A DNA stretch of 64,000 nucleotides from a virus (IMGVR_UViG_3300031555_003442:96001-160000); one strand, 5' to 3'. Shown: positions 27,822 through 37,531, counted from the first letter of the stretch. Notes: generated by a model from the sequence alone, not told the origin. A program made the numbers and translations.

Positions 27822-28121
27822 CTAAAACTGGCATGCCTTGCGTTCGACACGGTAATGGCCGTCGTTCGCATACTGGTATTTCTCCCTCGTAAGTCGGTCT
27901 CCGTAATTAAGGGTGATGCTTTCGACAATGACATTTTCCGTGTTCATTTCGAATTTAAGGTCGAAATCGCAGTTGGTCTTGGCGATGAGGATACCCTCGT
28001 GGTAGATTAACCCCTGGAAACCGTCGGCCTTGCATTCGCATCCGCCGAACACGCCGAAGATGCTCACTAGCAGGCAGAGTGCCCCCAGGAAATACATTAC
28101 TCGTTTTGCTTCCTTGCTCAT
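27822..28121 (-). CDS. hypothetical protein with N-terminal TM/signal segment
   Basis: AAGGAG RBS. Confidence 0.65.
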   Translation of the reverse strand: MSKEAKRVMYFLGALCLLVSIFGVFGGCECKADGFQGLIYHEGILIAKTNCDFDLKFEMNTENVIVESITLNYGDRLTREKYQYANDGHYRVERKACQF

Positions 28122-28137
28122 ACTTTATCTCCTTTAT

Positions 28138-28479
28138 TTAAAACGGTAGTTCCTCATCCACAGAAGGGCTAGCCTCCTTGGGAGGGTTGAATGGTGGGTA
28201 ATACTTTCCCTTCACGTATTGCCTCGGGCGGTTCCATTTCTCGTACAGGAGGAAGGGGAGAAGGACCCTGCTTACGAATCGGTACGCCAGAATAATCTTG
28301 GTAGCGAACCTTCCGTGGAAGTCTTCTGGGTACATCTCGTTGAGCTCTCGGTACGCTTCATCGTCGGAAACCTGTTCGCCATAGTAATCCCCAGTGATGC
28401 TTACATAGATTTCGCTGAAATAAACGCAGTTGCGGCAACAAGATGTTGCGTAGCGACGGCAACGGTCACATACAATCAT
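28138..28479 (-). CDS. Cys-rich hypothetical protein
   Basis: CDRC..CCRNC; ends DEELPF. Confidence 0.65.
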   Translation of the reverse strand: MIVCDRCRRYATSCCRNCVYFSEIYVSITGDYYGEQVSDDEAYRELNEMYPEDFHGRFATKIILAYRFVSRVLLPFLLYEKWNRPRQYVKGKYYPPFNPPKEASPSVDEELPF

Positions 28480-28784
28480 TTTGTTTCCTTGTTGAAAGCG
28501 ATGTTTTCTACCTGTTCGGCACCGAATTCTACGATGGTCGGGATGTAGTCGTCCTCGTCCTCATCGTTGAGGTCACGGCAAGCACGTTCGGCCTGCCCCA
28601 GGGATGAGTAGTGAAGGCCAGTCGCAGGGTTGTCACTACACTCACAGAATCGAACCTTCTGCAACCAACCTCGGTTTAGAATCTTGCCTTTTATCTTCCA
28701 CTGTACGAATACCATCCAGAAATGGAATGAGACATCCTTCGTAGGGAAATTGCGTTCTTCATATGGAAGTGCTGTTCTACCCAT
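28476..28784 (-). CDS. hypothetical protein
   Basis: Operon spacing. Confidence 0.65.
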   Translation of the reverse strand: MGRTALPYEERNFPTKDVSFHFWMVFVQWKIKGKILNRGWLQKVRFCECSDNPATGLHYSSLGQAERACRDLNDEDEDDYIPTIVEFGAEQVENIAFNKETK

Positions 28785-28786
28785 TG

Positions 28787-29170
28787 TTATACCCCCATGT
28801 CTGGTGTACGGCAGCCGAGATTGTTTGACTTCGGCTTTGCCTTGCCGTCATTCCAGCACTTGAACTGACATTCTGGGCAGGACGTGTAGTAGTCCACAAT
28901 CACCTCGGGTATCCATGTGTCGGTGCCGCTGATGTTGCGTTCGCTCTGGAGTTCCCGTGTCTTGCATTCAGTGATTTTCGTCTTGAACTCGCATCCGCAT
29001 CTCGGGCACTTAAAGTCGAAGTACGGATTGCCGTGCTTGGTAATCTCGGTCGAGTCTGCCACAGGCTTGTTGGCTTGCTTGTCGATAGATTGCGGGTCGA
29101 TATCGTCGACCGCTTCAAACCAGCCCCAGAATGTTTTCCACGATTTTTTAATCAGTTGTTTGATATCCAT
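28787..29170 (-). CDS. Zn-ribbon hypothetical protein
   Basis: FKCPRCGCEF...CPEC. Confidence 0.7.
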   Translation of the reverse strand: MDIKQLIKKSWKTFWGWFEAVDDIDPQSIDKQANKPVADSTEITKHGNPYFDFKCPRCGCEFKTKITECKTRELQSERNISGTDTWIPEVIVDYYTSCPECQFKCWNDGKAKPKSNNLGCRTPDMGV

Positions 29171-29171
29171 G

Positions 29172-29411
29172 TTATCCCTTCTTTTCTTCACGGTCATCGA
29201 CAGTCAATGACAAGATAATCTTTTTGCCAGTAGGGAGTTTCCATGTGATTTCATAGGTATCGCTCCCCTTTTCAATCTTTCCCTTCATGTACTCGGCGAC
29301 GGCACAGAGCGCCTCGTCGGTTACATCGTTCTTCTTCTTCCAGACGCCAGGTTTTGTTATTGTTCCTGCATAGATTGCTGCCATACCGCAGCCGACGTGG
29401 TATTCCGCCAT
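29172..29411 (-). CDS. conserved phage hypothetical protein
   Basis: IYAG...KNDVTDEALCAV; AAGGAG RBS. Confidence 0.7.
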   Translation of the reverse strand: MAEYHVGCGMAAIYAGTITKPGVWKKKNDVTDEALCAVAEYMKGKIEKGSDTYEITWKLPTGKKIILSLTVDDREEKKG

Positions 29412-29431
29412 GTTTACTCCTTGTTTAAAAT

Positions 29432-29474
29432 TTTAGAAACCAGCTCAGGTGGGTTCGACTCCCAAGGGCGTGCA
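29432..29474 (+). pseudogene. tRNA-like 3' half remnant
   Basis: T-arm-like TGGG-TTCGACT-CCCA plus a plausible acceptor 3' strand; no 5' half. Confidence 0.35.
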
Positions 29475-29475
29475 T

Positions 29476-29739
29476 TCACGTCGACTTTTCTGGATGAAGC
29501 ATGACGTGGAGCGGTATGCCGTACTGAATCGGGGTTTCCTTCTGCTCTTCACGGGCCGCTTTCAGCAAGGTGATGATTTCACCCTCGGTGGCACATCCGC
29601 AGTCCTGCTCGTCGATGAGCAGCGTAGTTTCTTCTTCCGAATGGTGCTTGCGGTATTCTGCCAACAGTATGTCAAATACTTCTGTGGAAACAAGGACGCA
29701 CTTGTCCAGAGTCTCGATGGCGTTTTCGATTGAACACAT
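29476..29739 (-). CDS. hypothetical protein
   Basis: First gene after the minus-strand promoter. Confidence 0.6.
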   Translation of the reverse strand: MCSIENAIETLDKCVLVSTEVFDILLAEYRKHHSEEETTLLIDEQDCGCATEGEIITLLKAAREEQKETPIQYGIPLHVMLHPEKST

Positions 29740-29803
29740 GTATTTTACCCGATTGGTTTAATTTCAGTTTTTCGCAATGTTTAATTGGTTTCCTCGCCGT
29801 ATA

Positions 29804-29832
29804 AATATATTTTAAATATGTAAATTTGTCAA
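29804..29832 (-). promoter_or_regulatory. sigma70-type (early) promoter
   Basis: TTGACA-N17-TATATT on the minus strand. Confidence 0.75.
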
Positions 29833-29842
29833 GAGGAAACCA

Positions 29843-30040
29843 ATGCTTCCATACGAAAATAATGAACCTGGATTGGTTCACCAGTATCAAGCGGAGTGTC
29901 ACGACCCCGCCATCGGGGCCGAATGCCACAATCCAGCCATCCAGGCAGAGGCGTCCGACCTCGTGCGTAAGAACTGTGCTGGATTTCGTCGCATAAATTA
30001 CGATGCAAACGGATTTCCCGTCCCTAATGAAACTTGGTAA
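29843..30040 (+). CDS. 65-aa peptide with AECHxPAI repeats
   Basis: AGAGGA RBS; repeats conserved at protein level with synonymous changes. Confidence 0.6.
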   Translation: MLPYENNEPGLVHQYQAECHDPAIGAECHNPAIQAEASDLVRKNCAGFRRINYDANGFPVPNETW

Positions 30041-30050
30041 CGGGGATGTC

Positions 30051-30079
30051 TTGCCAAAATATGGAACATTGTCTATATT
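30051..30079 (+). promoter_or_regulatory. sigma70-type (early) promoter
   Basis: TTGCCA-N17-TATATT. Confidence 0.7.
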
Positions 30080-30116
30080 TTGACTGATTGCGTACTTTTC
30101 AAAATGGATTTAATTT

Positions 30117-30890
30117 ATGATTATTATTGACCCTCACCCGTTCGTATTCAAGCAGGTCAAGACCATGCTTGGAGAATTGTGCAACAAGCCCAAGTATGAA
30201 AAGACCATGGTCGTGCTCGGGTACAACGTGATGGCGTGTTCCGAAGCAAGACGCCTTAAAGCGAAGCATCCCGACCACAAGCTCGTTATTTACAACATGG
30301 AGCAACTCTACCGTGGGAGCCCATGGATTAACTCGAATACGAGAGCATGGTTCGAACAGGCTGATGAAATTTGGGATTACAACCTTGAAAACATCAAGTT
30401 CTTCGCCGAAGTTCTCGGCTACAAGGCCTCCTACCATCCAGTAAAGTGGGTCGAGTCCCTTAAAACCCTGGAACAGGTGAAGCCAGAGGACATGCTTTAC
30501 GACGTGCTGTTCTATGGCGAGGAGACTCCGAGAAGAACCAAGCTTATAGGGGCGATGCGTGCGGCACACCGTGATTGGGCGATAATTACGGCAACTGGCG
30601 TAACTGGAAAGGCTCTCGACTACCTCATAGCCCACTCAAAGATTATCCTGAACGTGCATGCTTTCCCACAGTACCAGTGCCAGGAAATCGTTCGCATGTT
30701 CTACCCGCTAATCAACGGGAAGTGCATAGTCAGCGAACCGTCCAAGAACGACGGCTATGCGGGCGATGCAATCGTCTATTCATCCTACGACAACATGATT
30801 GAAACAGTTAAGGGTCTTCTTACCGATGGCAAATGGATTAACGTCGCTTCTGAGGCGTCTGATAGGTTCCGCAGACACACCACCAAGTAG
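30117..30890 (+). CDS. putative GT-B glycosyltransferase (CgeB / Glyco_trans_1_2-like)
   Basis: YNMEQ, WDYNLEN, DVLFYG..RR, SKIILNVH, EIVRM and IVSEPS. Confidence 0.65.
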   Translation: MIIIDPHPFVFKQVKTMLGELCNKPKYEKTMVVLGYNVMACSEARRLKAKHPDHKLVIYNMEQLYRGSPWINSNTRAWFEQADEIWDYNLENIKFFAEVLGYKASYHPVKWVESLKTLEQVKPEDMLYDVLFYGEETPRRTKLIGAMRAAHRDWAIITATGVTGKALDYLIAHSKIILNVHAFPQYQCQEIVRMFYPLINGKCIVSEPSKNDGYAGDAIVYSSYDNMIETVKGLLTDGKWINVASEASDRFRRHTTK

Positions 30891-31722
30891 TGAGCCTGTA
30901 AAGGAAACCAAGCCTCCTAGCAAAGTGTACAAGTACACTGTCATCGAGTGTATCCTCGAAGGCTATGAGCCATTGCGGGAAGTCAAGCACGCCAAGTCCG
31001 ATGTCCATTACCTGCTGATAACCGACAACAAGAGACTGAAGAGCAAGACCTGGGATGTACACCACATTTCCGAATACCCGTGCCTGTCTGGAATCAACGA
31101 CGTTATAGGGATACTGAACTATGTCCGCTACCACACGTTCGAGTTTGCGGACACCGCAGTGTCCATATACATCGACGCCAGCATGATGATAAACAAGCCG
31201 CTGGACAAGCTCTACGAGGACTTTGTCAACTCCAATTCGGATATCGGGCTCGCCATACATCCGTACAGGACGAACGTGTACGAGGAACTAAATGCGTGGC
31301 ATACGGCCCGTGGTCTTTCCGCAGAGGAAGTGACCGCCCAGAGGAAGCTGTTCGCAAAGACCTCGTTCAACAAGGCAGTCCTGTTCCAGTCTGGTATCAT
31401 CATCCGAAGGAACGTGAAGATTGTCCAGATAATCGACGACATAACATGGTCCTTCCTGAAACTGACTGGGGTGAACTGTTCTTCTGCGAGGGTTGACCAG
31501 ACCGTCCTTACCTATGTACTCGCCACTTATTTCAGCGGGGTGAAGTTCCTCCTGTTCACGCAGCACCTGATTCAATCCAGTTACATCACATGGTGCAAGC
31601 ACGGTTCTGACCAGCCAATCCTCATAGACAAGAGGTACTATGTCAGGCCGTCCGTGTTCGGTGTACTCGTGAACCCTTATATGATTGAACCGACAGAATC
31701 GCCTGGAAATAAGATAATTTAA
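30826..31722 (+). CDS. DUF616 (TOD1/MUCI70-like) glycosyltransferase-like protein
   Basis: GYEPL, SIYIDAS (DxS), HPYRTNVYEE, GIIIRRN and RVDQ. Confidence 0.75.
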   Translation: MANGLTSLLRRLIGSADTPPSSEPVKETKPPSKVYKYTVIECILEGYEPLREVKHAKSDVHYLLITDNKRLKSKTWDVHHISEYPCLSGINDVIGILNYVRYHTFEFADTAVSIYIDASMMINKPLDKLYEDFVNSNSDIGLAIHPYRTNVYEELNAWHTARGLSAEEVTAQRKLFAKTSFNKAVLFQSGIIIRRNVKIVQIIDDITWSFLKLTGVNCSSARVDQTVLTYVLATYFSGVKFLLFTQHLIQSSYITWCKHGSDQPILIDKRYYVRPSVFGVLVNPYMIEPTESPGNKII

Positions 31723-31758
31723 CTACGACGGCTTACGATGGCCGCCAAGGATACTTGA

Positions 31759-32895
31759 ATGCAGTTTGGTGTTATCGAGAAGAGAATTACACGTTTATGG
31801 AACAAGACCCCAGCATTGCTCATCGGACCTCCTGGAATAGGAAAGACGCAGTTCTGCCGTGGCCTTGCAGCAAAGCTTGGATTGAACCTTGTCTGCCTCG
31901 ACTGTTCGCAGTCGGGGGACTCTGGCGACCTTATAGGATTGCTTGAAATTGAGAACCATGTACACCACCATACGAAACCCGCCTGGATGGACACGACGGA
32001 AGCGACCCTCGTCTTCATCGACGAAATCAACAGGGCCAAGGGCGAAATCATCGCCGCCCTGATGAAACTGTGTTCCCCAGAACAGTCGTTCAACGGTTTC
32101 ACTCTCCCAGAGGGCTCCCGTGTCGTTGTCGCAATCAACCCTTCCAGCGTGGATTCCAACCAGGTGCTTCCAATCAACCGTGCGCTTTTCACCCGTTTCG
32201 CCAGATACCACGTCGAGGTGGACGCTAAGTACTGGTGCAGGTGGGCCGCAAACGCTGGAATCAACCAGACAATCATACGCTTCATCGACAGCCACAACAA
32301 CGCCCTCTATGTGGATGATACCGAGCTTGATTCGGAAGACGAAAACACGGCCAACCCCCGTTCATGGGAGAATTTCGCCCGTCTTTTCGACAACGCATAC
32401 AAGGCGGGCGACTATGTGGACGAAAACGGCCTGCCAAGACCAGGCGGGATGGAAACCCTGCTGGTAGACGCCACTTCCACGCTCGGCCCCGACATGGCCA
32501 AGACTTTCACCGAATGGTTCAAGAAGAACGGGAATAAGCTCGATGCAGAGGATGTTCTTCATGCGAACGAATGGGACTGGGTGAAATTCAAGAGTATCAT
32601 CGACGGGATGAGCGCAATGCAGCTTACAAAGCTGAGCGATGCCATCGTCAGCAAGATGGCGAACGCCTACGAGAATTCAAGGCAGACGAGGACTATGTCC
32701 CTGAACTTCTGGTACTACTACTTCGCAGTCAAGCCAGAGATAAAGGCCCAGATGTACAACATGCACCTGATAGACCTTGTCCTGCAGATTTCCGAGGGAA
32801 AGGACAACTGGCTCTCTCGCCTGAGGGAACATGTCGGCGAAGATAAGAAGATGATGCTCAAATCCAGTTTCAGCGAGTTCAACCAGGTTAACTGA
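31759..32895 (+). CDS. MoxR-like AAA+ ATPase
   Basis: GPPGIGKT, FIDEINR, AINP, ALFTRF and NPRSWE. Confidence 0.9.
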   Translation: MQFGVIEKRITRLWNKTPALLIGPPGIGKTQFCRGLAAKLGLNLVCLDCSQSGDSGDLIGLLEIENHVHHHTKPAWMDTTEATLVFIDEINRAKGEIIAALMKLCSPEQSFNGFTLPEGSRVVVAINPSSVDSNQVLPINRALFTRFARYHVEVDAKYWCRWAANAGINQTIIRFIDSHNNALYVDDTELDSEDENTANPRSWENFARLFDNAYKAGDYVDENGLPRPGGMETLLVDATSTLGPDMAKTFTEWFKKNGNKLDAEDVLHANEWDWVKFKSIIDGMSAMQLTKLSDAIVSKMANAYENSRQTRTMSLNFWYYYFAVKPEIKAQMYNMHLIDLVLQISEGKDNWLSRLREHVGEDKKMMLKSSFSEFNQVN

Positions 32896-34211
32896 TGTCC
32901 GCTCTCAGCAAGATAGAACAGGCCAAGGTAATTCTAGGCTCCGTGAATCCAGCCGCCATGTGCTACATAAACATGGCGCACCCTATCGTCGAGGACGACA
33001 GGACGGCTACGCTCATGCTCGACGCACACATTCCTGGGGAACTCTACCTTGTCGCAAACAGCGGCTGGGTCAACAGGATGGACATGAGCGACCTCGCCAA
33101 GATTCTTTACATAGAGGCTTCCCGAATTGCGTTGCAACATGTGACCAAACGTGCGGTCGACAACAAATTCAATCTGCTTTCGAGCGACATAATCTGCTAC
33201 TCGATGGCGAGGGGATGCCTCACCCTGAACGGAACGTCCTTCCCAGACTCGCTGGACAGGAGCAAGGCGAACATCTACTACGAGCAGGGCAAGGTGCTGT
33301 ACAAGCACGAGACTGGAAATGAATGGACGGACGAGTGCGATTTCCACGAGAGGGTGGCCATGTGGATGGAACGGGCCGCCAACAATTCTGACGACGGGGA
33401 TGCCGACCCAGATTCTGACGGCCAGCCTGACGAATCGGCTGGTGGCGACGGCGATGGAAGCCCGCAGGGAGCCCTCGATGCATACTTCTGTGACGAAACC
33501 CGTTCCGAGAACTGGTCGCCCAACGAGACCGTTTCGAGCGACATCGCCATGGAGACGAAGCATCTCGAAGAGAACGGAGGGTTCGACGGGACTGGCTGGG
33601 GCCTGAGCGCAGGGAACATCATGCTGAAGATTCTTGCCGCACAGGAACCTCCCGTAGATTACAGGAGGATAATCCGTTCGTTCGTCGGCACGGTCGTTTC
33701 CCAGCGTACGGAATCGACCCGACTGAGGCAGAACAGGCGTTACAACCTGCTGTTCCCAGGCCAGCGTTCCGTATACGACTGCAAGCTGCTCCTTGCCGCA
33801 GACTCGTCTGGTTCTATGGATGACGACGACCTGTCTGCTGCTGGTTGCCTTATAGCAAAGATAGCGACTGGATGCCAGATAGACTACTGCTGGTGGGACT
33901 GTAACTGCACCCTGCCGAAGACATTCAAGCGTGGATTTTCCAAGAGCGGGTTCGATGTCGAGGGACGTGGCGGGACGAACCCCCAGTGCGTTTTCGACAT
34001 GCTCGGGGATAATAAACTGATGGGGAAGTATTCGGGCATCATCATCTTTTCCGACATGATTTTCGACGAGATACCTAAACCAAAGGGCATTCCAGTCGAC
34101 AACATGCTGTGGATATGCACCGCTGACGGTAGCGAGCCCCCGAGCTGGGTTCCACGCCGTAGGATTATGCGGTGCAAGGAAATTATGAGTTGCATCAAAA
34201 AAAGGACTTGA
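32895..34211 (+). CDS. DUF2201-type protein: degenerate metallopeptidase-like domain plus VWA domain
   Basis: MIDAS DSSGS, GRGGTN and FSD; YIEASRIALQH where HExxH is expected; coupled to the AAA gene. Confidence 0.85.
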   Translation: MSALSKIEQAKVILGSVNPAAMCYINMAHPIVEDDRTATLMLDAHIPGELYLVANSGWVNRMDMSDLAKILYIEASRIALQHVTKRAVDNKFNLLSSDIICYSMARGCLTLNGTSFPDSLDRSKANIYYEQGKVLYKHETGNEWTDECDFHERVAMWMERAANNSDDGDADPDSDGQPDESAGGDGDGSPQGALDAYFCDETRSENWSPNETVSSDIAMETKHLEENGGFDGTGWGLSAGNIMLKILAAQEPPVDYRRIIRSFVGTVVSQRTESTRLRQNRRYNLLFPGQRSVYDCKLLLAADSSGSMDDDDLSAAGCLIAKIATGCQIDYCWWDCNCTLPKTFKRGFSKSGFDVEGRGGTNPQCVFDMLGDNKLMGKYSGIIIFSDMIFDEIPKPKGIPVDNMLWICTADGSEPPSWVPRRRIMRCKEIMSCIKKRT

Positions 34212-34236
34212 ATTTTTGTACAAGTATGGTTATATT
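34208..34236 (+). promoter_or_regulatory. sigma70-type promoter
   Basis: TTGAAT-N17-TATATT. Confidence 0.6.
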
Positions 34237-34289
34237 TATATGTATATAGTTAGCTTGTTCATAATATAGTTAATTAAATCGAGGCTATT

Positions 34290-34538
34290 ATGAAGAAAAT
34301 GTTGTTTATCATTGCGGTGCTTGCTGCTTTCGCTTTCTCGAAGCAGACATACGACACCAAGTGTTCAATCCTTGTGGCGAACGGTCAGTCCGTTACATAC
34401 AGATGCACCAACGGAATGGATGTTACCCTCGTGTTCGCACCCGACGTGAAGATTCCGACAAAGGTTTTCTACGACAGCAAGACTGGCTTCTTCGACCCAG
34501 ATACCGAACGAAAGTTGAAGGTCAACATCAATAAATAA
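34290..34538 (+). CDS. small exported protein
   Basis: Signal peptide MKKMLFIIAVLAAFAFS. Confidence 0.7.
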   Translation: MKKMLFIIAVLAAFAFSKQTYDTKCSILVANGQSVTYRCTNGMDVTLVFAPDVKIPTKVFYDSKTGFFDPDTERKLKVNINK

Positions 34539-34550
34539 TGTGGTTCCGAT

Positions 34551-37490
34551 ATGAGTGAGACGCAAGAACTTCCAAAGAAGAAGATGTGGTCGACCATATA
34601 CCATGATACGGTCAACGACAAGATGTATATGTGGTATGTGGACGGCACGACCGATGTCCTCCCCGTCAAGCACCGTTCCTACACGAACCGTCTGGGTGAA
34701 TTCGGTGCCGTAGAATGCGGCATGAAGGACATTTTCGGAAACGAGGTTTACGAATTCTACCTTTCCCACAACGAAGAAAAGGAAATCAAGCGCCAGTACC
34801 AGGGCACGCTTAACCATTTCAACGAGATTGATATCGACCCACGATGCCGATTCCTGCAGCAGCTCTATGAAGGCTATGATATCGAACACCCGAACATCAA
34901 GGATATCAACCTCTGCTTCATGGATATCGAAGTGTCGACCGAGGGTAGGTTTCCTGTCCCTTGGTTGGCCGAATATCCGATTAACCTCATCGTCCTTAAC
35001 TTCCCCGAGTATTCCGTGCAGTTTGGAACGCTCGACGTGGATGAGGCTACCCTTGAAAAGTACAAGGAACTGAACTGCCGGTATATCAAGTGTTCCACCG
35101 AACAGGAACTGCTCACTGCGACTTTCAACTACATCAGGGAACACGGGGTTGACATCCTCTCTGGATGGAACTTCTCTTACGATACCGAGTATACATACCG
35201 TAGGGCCAAGAAGTTCGGAATCCCCCTCCCGCTCATGTCGAGAATGCCGAAGGGATGCGAAAGGGCTTACTTCGACGAGAGAAAGCGTGAACTCCATGTG
35301 GCCGGCACGGAAGTTATGGACTTCCTCGCCCTCTACAAGAAGTACACCTTCTCGGAAGAACCCAGCTACAAGCTCGATGCAATCGGTGAAAAGGAAGTGG
35401 GCGAGAACAAGGTTCCGCTTCCAGACGGATACCTGTCGTGGAAAACCTACCCGTCGTTGTTTGCGTACTATAACGTGATAGACGGTGTCCTGTGTAGAAA
35501 AATCCAGAACAAGACAAAGATGTTCGACCTTGCGCTCATGTCTTCTGCCGAGGCCCGAGTGCCGATTACATCGGTGTTCGAATCCAAGAAGATGATGGTG
35601 GGCTTCGTCCTGAACCACCTGCACAAACAGAACATGGTGTTCCCCGTTTACAGGCCGACTGCGAAGGAGGAATACCCTGGCGCCTTCGTGTATTCAGTCC
35701 CAGGTTTCTACAAGATTGAAGTGTCGTACGACTACCGAAGCCTGTACCCGTCAATCATGATGACGTTCAACATCAGCCCCGAAACCAAGGTCATCAAGCC
35801 TATCGACTACGTGCTGACGGAAGAGGAGAAGAAAGTCCTCATCAGGTCGCCTTGGACGCACAACGGGCAATATCAGGTGTTCTACCGAAAGGATGTCGAG
35901 GGTATCGTCCCGCAGGTTACTAGAAAGCTGTTCAACGGTCGTGCCGAACTGAAGATTAAGAAGAAGCAGGCTGAAAAGGACGGTAACGAAGAACTGATGA
36001 ACATCTACGACATGATGCAGAAGGTGTACAAGGTTCTCGGTAACTCACTGTACGGCTTGCTCGGTACTCCGTTCTTTGCGTTCTACGATATCGACAATGC
36101 TGCTTCAATCACTGGCTACGGTCAGAGGCTCATCAAGTACACCTGCAAGCACCTTGCAGACTACATCAACAACGACCTTGCTCTCGACCAGAGGTTCATC
36201 GACACGTTCGGATACTCCCCGAAAATCAACAAGGATTACTGCGGCGAGATATTCTGGAATGAGGCGAATGTTGACTTCGACGATGTGGAAAAGGCTACCG
36301 AATGGGGTTACGACATCACGAGCGACATCCTGCAAAGAAGAATGTCCCACGGTGATACCGACTCGTTCTACGCCAAGTTCGACGACATCTACGAGGAGTT
36401 CAGCAAGAACCAGGGCAAGAAGGTCCAGGTCGTCGTATATGACGGACACCAGATTATACAGAAGAACGAATTCGATGCGATGGACGAGATGGCATACAAG
36501 AAGAACTTCGCCCTCATGGCCCATACCTACTGCCCCGATGTCTACGACAAGCCATCGAACAGGGAGCCTCAGGAAATCAAGGGCAGCAAGTTCAAGTTCT
36601 CCAAGTTGCAGATTATGTACAAGGACGGCATGATTTCGAACAAGCGATACCGTGTCATCGTGAACCGTTACCGCCTCACCGACTTCTGCCGCATGCTCGA
36701 CGCATCAATCCTCGAAGAAAAGCTCGACGAGTACATGCTTGGCTACGCTTCCTCATGGGGATTCCGTACGAACGAGCTGTTCCTGAAACGTGAAAAGTGC
36801 ATTTACAAGACCATCGTGACGGCCAAGAAGAAATACATCTGCGTGGCCGAATCGAACGAAGACATCGTCTACCTTGACAAGAAGAAGGAAGACCTGCCTA
36901 TCCACCCGCACTACGCAATCACGGGTCTCGAAATCGTGCGTTCATCAACGACCATGTTCTCACGAGAACGTATGATGAACACCGTGGAACTCATGATGGA
37001 TACCATGGACAGGGAAACCCTACGCAAGCGTGTTGTCGAAATCAAGGACGAGTACACGCAGAAGATTATCGACAAGTCGTACCTCGATATCTCCTGCCCG
37101 TCTGGTGTCAAGGAAGAACCTCCCGAGTACACCGAGATGATTAACTTCCCGAAGGAAGAGTTGAAGAAAATCGACTGGCGCCGCAAGGCAGCTTCCGTAT
37201 GGAACTACCTCATCCTCAATGACAGTGAACTCATGAAGTTCCCTTACGAACCGATTCACGCTGGCGACAAGATGAAGTACATCAAGGTGTGCGACAACCC
37301 GTTCGGTATAACCTCTATCGGTTACACTGGCGATGTAGTCCCGCCTCGTCTTCTCCAACTGTTCCAGCCCGATTGGGAAGGCCACTGGAAGGTGACCGTC
37401 TCCAACATCCTTGGGCGCCTATTCAAGGCTGTCGGATGGGGCGAGAACATCGAGGAAGACCAGACCGAAATGATGTGCGACCTGTTCTAA
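34551..37490 (+). CDS. family B DNA polymerase (T4 gp43-like) with 3'-5' exonuclease
   Basis: ExoI DIE, ExoII GWN..YD, ExoIII YNVID, motif A DYRSLYPS, motif B KVLGNSLYG, motif C GDTDS, KKKY, GLEIVRSST. Confidence 0.96.
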   Translation: MSETQELPKKKMWSTIYHDTVNDKMYMWYVDGTTDVLPVKHRSYTNRLGEFGAVECGMKDIFGNEVYEFYLSHNEEKEIKRQYQGTLNHFNEIDIDPRCRFLQQLYEGYDIEHPNIKDINLCFMDIEVSTEGRFPVPWLAEYPINLIVLNFPEYSVQFGTLDVDEATLEKYKELNCRYIKCSTEQELLTATFNYIREHGVDILSGWNFSYDTEYTYRRAKKFGIPLPLMSRMPKGCERAYFDERKRELHVAGTEVMDFLALYKKYTFSEEPSYKLDAIGEKEVGENKVPLPDGYLSWKTYPSLFAYYNVIDGVLCRKIQNKTKMFDLALMSSAEARVPITSVFESKKMMVGFVLNHLHKQNMVFPVYRPTAKEEYPGAFVYSVPGFYKIEVSYDYRSLYPSIMMTFNISPETKVIKPIDYVLTEEEKKVLIRSPWTHNGQYQVFYRKDVEGIVPQVTRKLFNGRAELKIKKKQAEKDGNEELMNIYDMMQKVYKVLGNSLYGLLGTPFFAFYDIDNAASITGYGQRLIKYTCKHLADYINNDLALDQRFIDTFGYSPKINKDYCGEIFWNEANVDFDDVEKATEWGYDITSDILQRRMSHGDTDSFYAKFDDIYEEFSKNQGKKVQVVVYDGHQIIQKNEFDAMDEMAYKKNFALMAHTYCPDVYDKPSNREPQEIKGSKFKFSKLQIMYKDGMISNKRYRVIVNRYRLTDFCRMLDASILEEKLDEYMLGYASSWGFRTNELFLKREKCIYKTIVTAKKKYICVAESNEDIVYLDKKKEDLPIHPHYAITGLEIVRSSTTMFSRERMMNTVELMMDTMDRETLRKRVVEIKDEYTQKIIDKSYLDISCPSGVKEEPPEYTEMINFPKEELKKIDWRRKAASVWNYLILNDSELMKFPYEPIHAGDKMKYIKVCDNPFGITSIGYTGDVVPPRLLQLFQPDWEGHWKVTVSNILGRLFKAVGWGENIEEDQTEMMCDLF

Positions 37491-37496
37491 ACAAGA

Positions 37497-37531
37497 GAAA
37501 GCGGCCCGATGTTCGGACCGCTTCCTTTTTT
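37497..37531. terminator. intrinsic terminator between convergent genes
   Basis: AAGCGG-cccgatgttcgga-CCGCTT followed by a T tract. Confidence 0.7.

Noticed and set aside
32934-35624. Long antisense ORFs (429 aa and 419 aa) opposite the VWA and polymerase genes, and many similar shadow ORFs elsewhere
   Set aside because: They mirror genes with clear motifs, lack RBS or recognisable motifs, and are expected from the codon bias of the sense strand
34551-37490. Intron or intein in the DNA polymerase
   Set aside because: ORF is continuous and the insertions lack splicing motifs
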